A stretch of DNA of 64,000 bases from an uncultured bacterium (lineage in GTDB: Bacteria; Hinthialibacterota; Hinthialibacteria; OLB16): the NCBI GenBank assembly GCA_964481775.1, contig CAYZUX010000003.1, forward strand, positions 4,419 to 68,418, read 5' to 3'. The notes beneath the pieces were generated by a model. It was not told the DNA's origin. It was given only the letters and a program-made list of their open reading frames with translations, and did no database searches. Below, piece by piece: positions 19,045 to 28,802 of the stretch; position 1 is the first letter of the stretch, and every line of letters begins with the position of its first letter. A program made the position numbers and the translations under genes.

Positions 19045-19562
19045 GGATTGATTCCCTTCTTGGTGACCACAGTGGACTGCTTCACCAGGATGTTCCCTTT
19101 GGGTACCTCCTCCAGGGAGGTGTGAGGAGAAAGGTCTTTAGTGGCAATCACCAGGTGAAGGATTTTTGACTCGGTACGCCCCTGAAAAGAGCGAATGGTC
19201 AGGAAAACATCGAGGTTTTCACGCGCAAGACGGTCCTGGATATCCAGGAGAACCGCTTGCTGGAATTTCCCCAATGGCTCCATGTTGAGTTTCCCTTCCT
19301 CAACCAGTGGCAGGGCATCGAAGCTGGTGCAACGCAGGATTTCAAGGATCTGCCCGGCACTCCGAGCCGCCTCAAGTTCTGTCCTCGCCTCTTTCTGGGA
19401 AAGGATGCTGAAAGAGAAGGACATGCCCACCAGCAGGCCCACAGAGGCCAGAATCCCCATGGCCACCATGGTTTCAAGCATGGAGAATCCACGCTGATTG
19501 GTGTGTGGTCTGAATCCTCCCCATGAAGACTTCATAGGTATATTCTGTGCTGGAATCACCAT
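19041..19562 (-). CDS. Prepilin-type N-terminal methylation domain protein (minor pseudopilin, GspH/I-like)
   Basis: N-terminus ...QRGFSMLETMVAMGILASVGLLV has the G|F-S-M-L-E motif. RBS GAGGGG lies 5 nt upstream of the ATG at 19562. It is the first gene of a three-gene minus-strand operon. Confidence 0.6.
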   Translation of the reverse strand: MVIPAQNIPMKSSWGGFRPHTNQRGFSMLETMVAMGILASVGLLVGMSFSFSILSQKEARTELEAARSAGQILEILRCTSFDALPLVEEGKLNMEPLGKFQQAVLLDIQDRLARENLDVFLTIRSFQGRTESKILHLVIATKDLSPHTSLEEVPKGNILVKQSTVVTKKGINP

Positions 19563-19767
19563 AATATCCCCTCATTTCAGCCAGTGTTCCAGCAAGAAAC
19601 AGGCCTTAAAGCACAATTCTCAAAAAACCACGATATAATAGAATTCATGGATCAACCCAGTATATTCAACGACTGGACCGTGGAAAAAAACTTCACAAGA
19701 AAGGGGTCTAGGCTGTCTCAATCCGTCACATTGCGGGGTGACCCATTCGGGAGGAAACTTTGGTCTT

Positions 19768-20502
19768 CTATCTATGTTGGTGAGACAAAGGCAATTCCAG
19801 GTTGTTTTCCTCCAAGAGGTTTTGATCCGAAAGAATTGTCTTGGAAGAACCATCCGCAACCACCTTGCCATCACGGATCACAATGCAACGTTGGCAGACA
19901 TCCAAAATCAGGTCGAGGTCATGGGAGGCGATGATCTTGGAATGGGTAAAGGTGTTGAGCATGTTGATCAGAGAACGACGTGATTTGGGATCCAGATTCG
20001 CGGCCGGTTCATCCATGACCAGAATGTCCGGTTGCATGGCGATCACCGAGGCGATGGCCACTGAGCTTTTCTGCCCCACTGAAAGGTGATGAGGAGGTTT
20101 GTCCTTGAGTTCGAGGCAATTCACGGTGGTGAGCGCTTCGATGACCCTTTCTTTCGCCGACTCCGGTGTCATCCCCAAATTGAGAGGCCCAAAGGCCACA
20201 TCATCAAAGACAGTGGACATGAAGAGCTGTTCATCGGGATTCTGGAAGACGACGCCGACCTTTTTTCGGATTTCACGCCGGGTCTTCTTGTCAATTTCCA
20301 GATCTCCGATCCGCACCGACCCGGATGACGGTAACAGAAAGCCATTCATGTGCATCAGGATGGTCGACTTACCGGCTCCGTTGGCCCCCACTATACCCAC
20401 GGACTCCCCATGGGTAATCCGGAAAGAAACACCCTTGAGGGCTTCGGTATCATCCGGGTACCTGAAAACCACATCCTTGAACTCGACGATATGGTGGCTC
20501 AT
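19768..20502 (-). CDS. cbiO: ECF-type cobalt/nickel transporter ATPase component
   Basis: Walker A GANGAGKST, ABC signature LSVGQKSSVAIA and Walker B ILVMDEP. It overlaps cbiQ by 4 nt. Confidence 0.8.
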   Translation of the reverse strand: MSHHIVEFKDVVFRYPDDTEALKGVSFRITHGESVGIVGANGAGKSTILMHMNGFLLPSSGSVRIGDLEIDKKTRREIRKKVGVVFQNPDEQLFMSTVFDDVAFGPLNLGMTPESAKERVIEALTTVNCLELKDKPPHHLSVGQKSSVAIASVIAMQPDILVMDEPAANLDPKSRRSLINMLNTFTHSKIIASHDLDLILDVCQRCIVIRDGKVVADGSSKTILSDQNLLEENNLELPLSHQHR

Positions 20503-21311
20503 CCCACCAGTCTCCGCGCCAAGGCACCAAGGGTATCCGTGACTGGAATGAAACGGAGACAGAACAGAAAGACAATGGAGAAGAGAAGAAAAGCGAGGTC
20601 AGAAAAACCGAAAACAAAGCGCCGGGTGAGAGGTATTCCTCCATCAAAGCCACGTGAAAGCATGGCGTAGTAGATCCGTTCGGCGCGTTCGATGGTCCTA
20701 ATGAACAGGGTTCCCAGAATCCTCACGAAGACCTGGATGCCAGTCCCATGATTTCCGAAAGAACGCATATCACGGGCACGGATAATCCGCATCGTTTCCT
20801 CCATCATCAGGAAAAGATAACGATACAGGAAGAGCAATTGAGCGATGAAAGGGGCCGGAAGGCGCATCCAGCGCAGGGCATGGCAGACATTGTAAAAGGA
20901 GGTGGTGGCGATCAAGAGGAGTCCTGCACTGATCGTCAGAAGGGACTTGATCAGGATTGACAGGAATGAAAGCCAACCCCCGGAGACGGGTATCCCATAC
21001 AACTCCAGAACAGTTTTCTCATCAAGGAAGGGATTGAAGATTCCGATGAAAATCGCGAATGGAGAAACAAGCAGGACACGTGTTAAAACAAATTTCAGAG
21101 GAATATCACCCAATGTCATCAGCATGGCTGGAAACAGGAAAAAAGGAATCAGCGCGGAGACCTCATATTGGGGGAATGAGACCACCACTACAATGAAAAG
21201 AAAGGTGGCAATGACCTTGGAACGTGGATCCAGGCGGTGGATAAAAGTGTCCTGAAATGAGAGACGGTCAAGATACCCGATATTGAAGTACTGCTGGTCG
21301 AAGGTCACCAC
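20499..21311 (-). CDS. cbiQ: ECF transporter transmembrane (T) component CbiQ/NikQ
   Basis: 270-aa polytopic membrane protein with the conserved C-terminal ...ERIYYAMLSRGF... region of the CbiQ family. It sits between cbiMN and cbiO. Confidence 0.7.
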   Translation of the reverse strand: MVTFDQQYFNIGYLDRLSFQDTFIHRLDPRSKVIATFLFIVVVVSFPQYEVSALIPFFLFPAMLMTLGDIPLKFVLTRVLLVSPFAIFIGIFNPFLDEKTVLELYGIPVSGGWLSFLSILIKSLLTISAGLLLIATTSFYNVCHALRWMRLPAPFIAQLLFLYRYLFLMMEETMRIIRARDMRSFGNHGTGIQVFVRILGTLFIRTIERAERIYYAMLSRGFDGGIPLTRRFVFGFSDLAFLLFSIVFLFCLRFIPVTDTLGALARRLVG

Positions 21312-21351
21312 ACAGATCCCCAGCGAAGATGCCGATTCCCCATGACTCCCC

Positions 21352-22392
21352 TCAACGTCCGTGACTCCTGACCGTGCGGATACCGAGTCCCATCAAAATC
21401 GTGAACAAGAGCACAATGAAAGCTCCAAGGATTCCGGAAAGGGAGGTTCCCGGATCCACCGCTGGCCATGCGGGAACATGATCTTCCTCGGAAGCTGTCT
21501 CTCCAGACGGTTTGAAAGCGTAATCTGGCAGAAACGCGGTTTTTTCCTGGATATGCCCGAGCTTCTGAGCAAGCCCTTCATCCTCCCGGGCAAGCTCAGG
21601 CGAACCAGTGACTTTCTCGATGGACCACTCCAGGCCATCCGGATGGGTGGAGGCAAACCACGAAAGAGCTCCACCTGTTACCACGGTAAGGAGAACAAAA
21701 ACTGTGACCACCTTCCAGAGGGTCACTTGCGGTGGTAGAGGTTGCGACTGGGTGACACTCCGGAGAATCTCGGGACGCAGATGACTGACATAGTTGATGA
21801 CTCCTGCCGTGATGAATCCCTCGATCAATCCAATTCCCAGGTGAATCGGTTGCATCAGAAGAAGGAAGGAACTGAAAGGCAATTCACTTCTGCCGGAAAG
21901 AACAGTCTCCAGAACGACCGCAAATGCGCCCAACTGCAGGGCGACCACCACGCTCGCAAGCGAAGCAATGAGGGTCCGTCGAGCAGTAGGATTCTCACCC
22001 ACAAGAGGTTTGTAAACAAAAGGATAAGCCAGATAACAAGGGAAGAATCCCAGATTCCAGATGTTGCATCCCAAAGCCAGCAACCCACCATCGGCGAAAA
22101 AGAGTGCTTGAACTGTCAGCACCGAAGCCACAGCGAGAAAAGCGGCATGCGGTCCCAGAGCAATGGCCAGGATCATTCCTCCGCCAATATGCCCGCTGGA
22201 ACCAGTTCCGGGAATGGTGAAATTGATCATCTGGCCCGCAAAAATGAAAGCCGCAAGAACTCCCATCAAAGGGACCATCTTTTCATCAAATTGTCGCTTG
22301 AGATGGGTGGAGGCATAACCAATCATCCCTATCGACGCGGCCCAGAAGGTGGTTCCCACCGCGGGCGAGAGCAAGGCATCCGCCATGTGCAT
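21352..22392 (-). CDS. cbiMN: Fused CbiM/NikM-CbiN/NikN substrate-capture component of a cobalt or nickel ECF importer
   Basis: N-terminus MHMADALLSP (CbiM/NikM begins with the metal-ligating M-H), TM-rich core, and a C-terminal extension containing ...HPDGLEWSIEKVTG... (PDGLE/CbiN-like). A TTTTCA-16-TATAAT promoter and a GGAGA RBS lie upstream. Confidence 0.7.
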   Translation of the reverse strand: MHMADALLSPAVGTTFWAASIGMIGYASTHLKRQFDEKMVPLMGVLAAFIFAGQMINFTIPGTGSSGHIGGGMILAIALGPHAAFLAVASVLTVQALFFADGGLLALGCNIWNLGFFPCYLAYPFVYKPLVGENPTARRTLIASLASVVVALQLGAFAVVLETVLSGRSELPFSSFLLLMQPIHLGIGLIEGFITAGVINYVSHLRPEILRSVTQSQPLPPQVTLWKVVTVFVLLTVVTGGALSWFASTHPDGLEWSIEKVTGSPELAREDEGLAQKLGHIQEKTAFLPDYAFKPSGETASEEDHVPAWPAVDPGTSLSGILGAFIVLLFTILMGLGIRTVRSHGR

Positions 22393-22525
22393 GTTTCAGT
22401 CGTCTCCTTGTCCTGGCTTCATCCGCCATTATACCCAGTTCAGCCGCCGTGAAAATAAACAGGGTTGACGCCAAGGGGGAAAGGGTTGTTTACAATGCTC
22501 CATTCCATCCCGGGAGGTTGAACCC

Positions 22526-23527
22526 ATGCGGCCCAGGATCCAGACCACGGTTGTCGGCAGTTACCCCATCCCAGACTGGATGGCGGCACACCCCACCGAA
22601 CAGGCCCTGATCGATGCCACTTCTGTCGTGCTCAAGGTCCAGGAAAATGCGGGAATCGATCTTGTGGTGGATGGCGAGCTTTACCGCTTCGACATCAACC
22701 ACCCGGACACAAATGGGATGATCGAGTATTTCATCCGTCCGATCGAGAATATCCGGACCCAGTTTTCCCGTTCCGAACTGCTGCATTTCCGTGAAAATGA
22801 AGAGATGAACTTCCGTTCCAAACCCAGCGGCCTGGTCGAAGGCGAGATTGATGAAGGCACCCTCAATCTGCTGGATGATTACCGCCGGGCGCGATCTCTC
22901 ACGTCTTACCCGCTCAAATTCACAGTCACCGGTCCCCATATGTTGTGCAAAACACTCCTTGATCTCCATTATCATTCCCGGCGAGATCTCTGCATGGCCC
23001 TGGCCGGAGTGCTGGCGGGACAAGTGGCCGAGATCGATGCAGAGGTGGTACAGATTGACGAGGCCAACATCACCGGGCATCCGGAAGAGATCGATTGGGC
23101 ATTGGAGTGTATCAACCTGGTGCTGGATGCCATCCCAACCATACCCGCGGTTCACCTCTGCTTCGGAAACTATGCCGGCCAGACCATTCAAAAAGGGGGC
23201 TGGGACAGGTTGATCGGCTTCATCAGCGGATTGCACTGTGAACATGTCCTTCTCGAGGTGGCACACCGGGGTGACTGGGAGCTGGAATATCTGGCACGGA
23301 TCAACCCGGAAGTGGGAATCGGTTTGGGAGTCATCGACATCAAGACGAACGTGGTAGAAACACCCGATGAGGTGGCGCGCCGGATCGATGCGGCGGCGAA
23401 TGTTCTCGGGGAAGAACGGATTCAGTATGTCAATCCAGACTGTGGATTCTGGATGTTGAAACGGAGTGTGGCTGACAGGAAGATCCGTGCGCTGGTGGAG
23501 GGCAGGGACTTATTCGAGGGGCGTTGA
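22526..23527 (+). CDS. Cobalamin-independent methionine synthase (MetE) catalytic-domain-like protein, short form
   Basis: 333 aa; ...VVGSYPIPDW..., HLCFGNY and NPDCGFW correspond to the Zn-binding His/Cys motifs of the MetE C-terminal (UroD/MetE-like) fold. TTGACG/TTACAAT promoter-like boxes and a GGGAGG RBS lie upstream. Confidence 0.6.
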   Translation: MRPRIQTTVVGSYPIPDWMAAHPTEQALIDATSVVLKVQENAGIDLVVDGELYRFDINHPDTNGMIEYFIRPIENIRTQFSRSELLHFRENEEMNFRSKPSGLVEGEIDEGTLNLLDDYRRARSLTSYPLKFTVTGPHMLCKTLLDLHYHSRRDLCMALAGVLAGQVAEIDAEVVQIDEANITGHPEEIDWALECINLVLDAIPTIPAVHLCFGNYAGQTIQKGGWDRLIGFISGLHCEHVLLEVAHRGDWELEYLARINPEVGIGLGVIDIKTNVVETPDEVARRIDAAANVLGEERIQYVNPDCGFWMLKRSVADRKIRALVEGRDLFEGR

Positions 23528-23631
23528 AAAGACAGCACCCCCCGCCCTAACCCTCCTTTGCAAATGGGGAGGGGGTACATTTCCCCCAATCCCACTCCAA
23601 GCATACGGCGAGTGCGGTATGATCCCACTCT

Positions 23632-24672
23632 ATGGACCTGACAACGAACCCCTGCCCACACCGCAGGCAGAACCTTCTTACCGGCGAGTGGATCCTGGTT
23701 TCCCCTCACCGCACCCAAAGACCCTGGCAAGGAAAGGTGGAACCAGTCCCGGGAAGTCAACGTCCCGCCTATGATCCCAAGTGTTATCTCTGCCCCGGCA
23801 ACTCAAGGGCCGATGAGGCGCGGAATCCTCCATACACCTCGACCTATGTTTTTGATAACGACTTTGCGGCACTGCTCCCAGAAGCAGGTGATATCCCCAA
23901 GCAGAACCATGCCTTGCTTCAGGCCAGTCCGGTAGCCGGGAAATGCCGGGTAATCTGTTTCTCACCGCGTCATGACCTGACCCTCCCCCGGATGTCCATC
24001 GAGGATATCTCAGGTGTCGTGGATGTCTGGGCGAAAGAAACACTTGAGTTGGGACGGAGGTGGAGATGGGTCCAGGTTTTTGAAAACAAGGGCGAAATCA
24101 TGGGTTGCTCGAATCCGCATCCTCATGGACAGGTCTGGGCCAGTGATGGAATCCCCAATGAACCCAGCAAAGAGGACTTTCATTTGAAGCACTACCTCGA
24201 TCAAAAGGGACACAACCTGCTGGTGGAGTATGCTGAGGTCGAAAAGACAGCGGGTGAACGAGTGGTTGTGGAGAATGAAGACTGGCTGGCGGTGGTTCCC
24301 TATTGGGCCTTGTGGCCTTACGAGATACTCCTGCTCCCCAAACGGCATATCCTGCGGCTACCTGATCTCAGTCAAGACGAACAGGTTTCTCTGGCCTCGA
24401 TCCTTCAACGCTTGTTGACACGTTACGACAACCTGTTCGAGACATCCTTCCCCTACTCCATGGGATGGCATGGAGCACCCACCATGGAGGGGGTGTTCGA
24501 TCACTGGCAGCTGCATGCCCATTTTTACCCCCCACTGTTGCGCTCCGCGACTGTGAAAAAGTTCATGGTGGGATATGAGATGCTTTCCGAGCCGCAGCGT
24601 GATCTCACGGCGGAAACGGCAGCGGAACGGTTACGAGCAGTAAGTGAAAAGCACTATCTTCAGGAGGTGTAA
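23632..24672 (+). CDS. galT: Galactose-1-phosphate uridylyltransferase
   Basis: Zn-site CYLCPGN and the active-site HPHGQ motif; the fold is typical of the GalT half-barrel. Confidence 0.8.
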   Translation: MDLTTNPCPHRRQNLLTGEWILVSPHRTQRPWQGKVEPVPGSQRPAYDPKCYLCPGNSRADEARNPPYTSTYVFDNDFAALLPEAGDIPKQNHALLQASPVAGKCRVICFSPRHDLTLPRMSIEDISGVVDVWAKETLELGRRWRWVQVFENKGEIMGCSNPHPHGQVWASDGIPNEPSKEDFHLKHYLDQKGHNLLVEYAEVEKTAGERVVVENEDWLAVVPYWALWPYEILLLPKRHILRLPDLSQDEQVSLASILQRLLTRYDNLFETSFPYSMGWHGAPTMEGVFDHWQLHAHFYPPLLRSATVKKFMVGYEMLSEPQRDLTAETAAERLRAVSEKHYLQEV

Positions 24673-25799
24673 ATGATCCGGTGAAAGGTGAGAAGATCCT
24701 CCACGAAGCGGTCCCAGGTGTAACGGCTCCGGACTTTTTCCCATCCCTTGCGAATCCTTACAACACGCTCTTCATGGTTCGAGAACACCTCCAGCAGCGA
24801 CCTGGCAAGCTCCCTCGGTTCTCCCTCCCGGAAAATCCAACCCGCATCACCGATAACCTCGGGGATTGATCCACTCGAGGAACCTACCACGGAAACTCCC
24901 GAAGCCATTGCCTCCAGCAGGACCCGTCCAAGTTGTTCCGCCCAAACAGGGGTCGTGAGTGAAGGCAACACGAGCACATCGAGACGGGAAAGGCATTCCT
25001 TGACCTTTTCCGGTGGAACCGCCCTGAGCCAGTCAATTCTCCCCTCGACATCGAGACTCTGAGCAACTTGATGGAGCCGAGGTTGATCGGGACCACTGCC
25101 TAATATCGCCAAGTGTCCAGGAATATGAGGCAGGGCCGAGATGAGTGTATCCACCCCCTTCATCGGGAGCAGCCTGCCAATGTAACCAATGTGCGGAGGA
25201 TCGGATAAAGGCTTTTGGCACCGCCAGGTCAACTCATCCTCGGACAGGATGTAGGTGCTGGCGATGCCATAAGGAATGACTTCGACCAGCTGCTGAAAGC
25301 CACGCTGGAGAAGAACCGAGCGGGCAGCACCGGTAGCACAAACAGCGCCATTGGCTTTTCTGAAAACACGCTTCTCTATCCACGAATGGATGGGATCCAG
25401 CTTGGAACAATATGTCGCTTTCCGATAGATGTTCTCCCAGGTATAGAAGCATATTTTGGCTTCGGGGGCCAAACGATGAGCCAGCCAGACAGTTTGCCCG
25501 GCGAAAAGTGACCATGGCTCCTCAAGCAGCTGGATCACATCGGGCTGGAATTCCTTGAGAACTCTTCCCAAGCCACTCAGATAGAAGCCACGCGAGTATG
25601 ATCCGGTCCAGAAGGTTCTGCCCAGCCGGATCAGATAGTCCGGATGATGGGTCCGTTCCGCATGGACATCACGCATATGTTCATGCCACCAAACCGGCGA
25701 GAGCACACACAACTCAACTCCGGGTTGCGATGCGATCTTTTCGTACCGTTCATGGTTGGACTCCAGAACCGCTGTCTTGTCAATGAAAAGAATTCGCAT
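24660..25799 (-). CDS. Glycosyltransferase family 4 (GT-B, 'group 1')
   Basis: C-terminal [23 protein letters not shown]...G is the GT4 E-X7-E region. Start is chosen at [10 protein letters not shown] (track ORF extends to 26018, overlapping pyk in another frame). It is convergent with galT (overlap about 13 nt). Confidence 0.7.
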   Translation of the reverse strand: MRILFIDKTAVLESNHERYEKIASQPGVELCVLSPVWWHEHMRDVHAERTHHPDYLIRLGRTFWTGSYSRGFYLSGLGRVLKEFQPDVIQLLEEPWSLFAGQTVWLAHRLAPEAKICFYTWENIYRKATYCSKLDPIHSWIEKRVFRKANGAVCATGAARSVLLQRGFQQLVEVIPYGIASTYILSEDELTWRCQKPLSDPPHIGYIGRLLPMKGVDTLISALPHIPGHLAILGSGPDQPRLHQVAQSLDVEGRIDWLRAVPPEKVKECLSRLDVLVLPSLTTPVWAEQLGRVLLEAMASGVSVVGSSSGSIPEVIGDAGWIFREGEPRELARSLLEVFSNHEERVVRIRKGWEKVRSRYTWDRFVEDLLTFHRIIYTS

Positions 25800-25819
25800 G
25801 ATCGGGAGACCGTTCCCGG

Positions 25820-27283
25820 TCAAAGGCCCGGGTAGTCGGAAAGATGAATAATCGAAAGCGAGTTGATATACCCATGGGCTTCCCGTGGCCAGCCAGACAC
25901 CATGCAGACAAGGTCTTCCTCTTTCAGTAATCCCATAGGAACCACCTGTTCCCTTAATGTCTGGACAATGGACTCCAGGTTTTCGGATTGTGTATGGAGG
26001 AGTGAATAGGTCCCCCACAACAGTTTCAACCGGCGAGCCACCTTCTCATCAGGAGTCAGGGCAACGATAGGAACCGGGGGACGATATTTGGCAATGACCT
26101 TTGCGGTCGATCCAGTCCGGGTAAATACACACACCGCCTTCGCCCCCAGGGCTCCAGCTACTTCAGCGGTCGCCTTGGCGGTGACCCCCTCGATCCCATC
26201 GGGCGCATCATCAAGACAGATATCCGGGTGTGGCGAAGTGATTCCGGATTCTGTGATCTGGATGATCCTTGCCATGGTCTCGACTGCTGCCACAGGATAT
26301 TTTCCGGAGGCAGTCTCACCCGAAAGCATGACCGCATCGGTCCCATCCAGGACCGCATTGGCTACATCCGTCGCCTCGGCACGGGTTGGGCGGGGATTGG
26401 TGGTCATGGACTCGAGCATCTGGGTGGCAATGATCGAGGGCACACCAGACTTGCGAGCTTTCGCGAGGATTGTTTTCTGCAGGACTGGCATGGCTTCGAC
26501 CGAGGTCTCCACACCGAGATCTCCACGCGCCACCATAATGACATTGGTAACCGCCAGGATCTCATCCAGGTGTTCCAGACTCTCCGGTTTCTCGATCTTG
26601 GCGATGACAGGCACTTCCTTCCCCAGGCCACGGATAATGTCCTTGAGGCTGGTAATATCCTCGGGACCACGCACAAATGAGAGGGCCACAAAATCGATGT
26701 CCGCCTGGAGGATTCCCTCCAGGTCTTTCAAGTCCTTGGGGGTCAGGCTCGGAGTTGAAAGGCGGGTTCCCGGGAGATTCAGCCCTTTCCCGGAACTGAG
26801 TGTTCCCGGGACACGCACGATACAATGGACATCCTGATCATCAATCCACTGGACCTCAAGCTGGATCAGGCCATCCGAGAGAAAAATAACATGTCCCGGT
26901 TTGACATCCCTGTGCAGGTTGGCGTAGGTACAGCTGACACAGTCGACCGAACCGGGGACATCACGGGTGGTCAGAATAAAGGATTGCCCCATTGAGAGGG
27001 TCACGGGTTCTTTTTCAAACTTTCCAATCCGGATCTTCGGTCCGCAGAGGTCCACAAGGATCCCCACCCGGCGGCCTGTTTCCTGTTCAGCGGCTCGTAC
27101 CTGCTGAATTCTCCTTGCATGACTCTCAATCGTGCCATGGGACATATTCAGACGGGCAACATCCATCCCCGCCAGAATCAGCTCCCTGAGGGTTCCGGGA
27201 TCATCACAGGCGGGGCCAAGCGTGGCCACAATGCGTGTACGCCTTAATTGCAGGGGGAGAGAACCGATCCTGTGTGGCATCAT
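25820..27283 (-). CDS. pyk: Pyruvate kinase
   Basis: IVATLGPA, MDVARLNMSHG, KIENPE-like KIEKPESL and MVARGDLG motifs; 487 aa. Confidence 0.9.
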   Translation of the reverse strand: MMPHRIGSLPLQLRRTRIVATLGPACDDPGTLRELILAGMDVARLNMSHGTIESHARRIQQVRAAEQETGRRVGILVDLCGPKIRIGKFEKEPVTLSMGQSFILTTRDVPGSVDCVSCTYANLHRDVKPGHVIFLSDGLIQLEVQWIDDQDVHCIVRVPGTLSSGKGLNLPGTRLSTPSLTPKDLKDLEGILQADIDFVALSFVRGPEDITSLKDIIRGLGKEVPVIAKIEKPESLEHLDEILAVTNVIMVARGDLGVETSVEAMPVLQKTILAKARKSGVPSIIATQMLESMTTNPRPTRAEATDVANAVLDGTDAVMLSGETASGKYPVAAVETMARIIQITESGITSPHPDICLDDAPDGIEGVTAKATAEVAGALGAKAVCVFTRTGSTAKVIAKYRPPVPIVALTPDEKVARRLKLLWGTYSLLHTQSENLESIVQTLREQVVPMGLLKEEDLVCMVSGWPREAHGYINSLSIIHLSDYPGL

Positions 27284-27286
27284 TGA

Positions 27287-28684
27287 TCACCTGATTTCGT
27301 ATTCCCTGTAAAGCTCCGGCATGACTACATCACGGTCACCCTGGTCTACGAGAAACTGGCGGTAAGCTTCTCCCTGCTCTTCCTCACCATGGACCAGGAA
27401 GATCCTGCGGACCTGGTTGCCAAGTTCCTTCCTGTAGCGGAACAGCTCATTCCTGTCGGCATGACCGGAGAAGGCATTAAGAACCTCGACATGTGCTTCC
27501 ACCGGGTGGACCATGCCGAATATCTTCACCTCTGTATCCCCACGCAGGATCTTGCGTCCCAGAGTGTGATGTGCCTGGAACCCGACAATCAGGATCGTGT
27601 TGCGCTCATCGGAGATGTTGTTGCGCAGATGATGCAGGATCCGTCCCGCTTCGCACATTCCCGAGGCGGAAATGATGATGCATGGACCCCGGTCATCATT
27701 CAGGGCCTTGGAGTCCTCCACACTGGTGATGAACTCCAGTCCCGGGAATGAAAAGGGATTATCCTGGTGGTTGGTGAAGAGAAGCACCTCTTCGTCGTAA
27801 CATTCCGGGTGAAGTTTGAAAACCTGGGTGATACTGGTGGCCAGAGGGCTGTCCACATAAACCGGAATTTGTGGGATCTTTTTCGCCACAAGTAATTTTT
27901 TCAATGCGAGAATCACCTCTTGCGCACGTTCCAGGGCGAAACTGGGAATGATGACCTTGCCACCCCGCTTAATGGTTTCGTTGATCACACGCGCCAGACC
28001 GTCATTACGGGATTCAATGGGATCATGGAGACGGTCGCCGTAAGTGCTTTCGGAGACAAATATATCGACATCCGGCGGCACCACCGGATCCCGCAGGATG
28101 GGAAGATCCCAACGTCCGATATCCCCCGAGAAGAGGAACCTGAGCCGTGTAGCCCCCTCCTCCAGATCGAGACAGACTACTGCCGAACCAAGGACATGGG
28201 CCGCGTTGTAAAAGGTCAGGTTGACTCCCGGCGAGATGGGAAGGGTTGTCTGGTAGTCGATGGCCACGAAGCGGGAGAGACAGGCGCGTACATCGGCGTC
28301 ATCGTAGATTGGTTCGATACGATCCTTTTCGCCGCGCTCCTCTGCCTTGCGGTTATAGAACTCGGCATCTTTCACCTGGATATAGGCCGAGTCCATCAGC
28401 ATCAGGGAGCACAGGTCGCGTGTAGCGAAGGTGGTATAAATCACCCCCCGGAATCCCTGCTTGACCAGGTTCGGGATATTCCCGGAGTGATCAATATGGG
28501 CATGCGAGAGAACCATCACATCGATTGTGGAAGCATCGAAAGGAAGGGTACGGTTGAGACGGTTGGATTCACTGCGTTTACCCTGAAAGAACCCGCACTC
28601 CAGCAGGATGCGTTTACCATTCACTGTCAGGATATGCATCGAGCCGGTCACTTCGCGAACCGCGCCCATGAACTGGACCTTCAT
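27287..28684 (-). CDS. MBL-fold metallo-hydrolase of the beta-CASP RNA-processing family (RNase J/CPSF-like)
   Basis: HAHIDHSG (metallo-beta-lactamase motif 2), a beta-CASP region and the C-terminal ...FSGHAD... motif. It lies 3 nt upstream of pyk (operon). Confidence 0.7.
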   Translation of the reverse strand: MKVQFMGAVREVTGSMHILTVNGKRILLECGFFQGKRSESNRLNRTLPFDASTIDVMVLSHAHIDHSGNIPNLVKQGFRGVIYTTFATRDLCSLMLMDSAYIQVKDAEFYNRKAEERGEKDRIEPIYDDADVRACLSRFVAIDYQTTLPISPGVNLTFYNAAHVLGSAVVCLDLEEGATRLRFLFSGDIGRWDLPILRDPVVPPDVDIFVSESTYGDRLHDPIESRNDGLARVINETIKRGGKVIIPSFALERAQEVILALKKLLVAKKIPQIPVYVDSPLATSITQVFKLHPECYDEEVLLFTNHQDNPFSFPGLEFITSVEDSKALNDDRGPCIIISASGMCEAGRILHHLRNNISDERNTILIVGFQAHHTLGRKILRGDTEVKIFGMVHPVEAHVEVLNAFSGHADRNELFRYRKELGNQVRRIFLVHGEEEQGEAYRQFLVDQGDRDVVMPELYREYEIR

Positions 28685-28802
28685 CTGGGACTCCTTAGAG
28701 GATCATGGAATGATGCCGGGAGTAAGAGTATAGTTGCGTCTGGCCTTTCGGCAACGGGACAAGGGGGTTGTGTACCCCACGATCATCAAGGAGGTTGGTT
28801 TC

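Noticed and set aside
22393-22525. Possible cobalamin or NiCo riboswitch upstream of cbiMN
   Set aside because: Only about 133 bp separate the divergent start codons and the sequence contains two plain sigma70-like promoters. There is no room for a roughly 200-nt B12 aptamer and no recognisable B12 box.
25800-26018. 73-aa N-terminal extension of the GT4 ORF (track start 26018)
   Set aside because: It overlaps the 3' end of pyk in another frame. The conserved GT4 N-terminus begins at [10 protein letters not shown] (25799).
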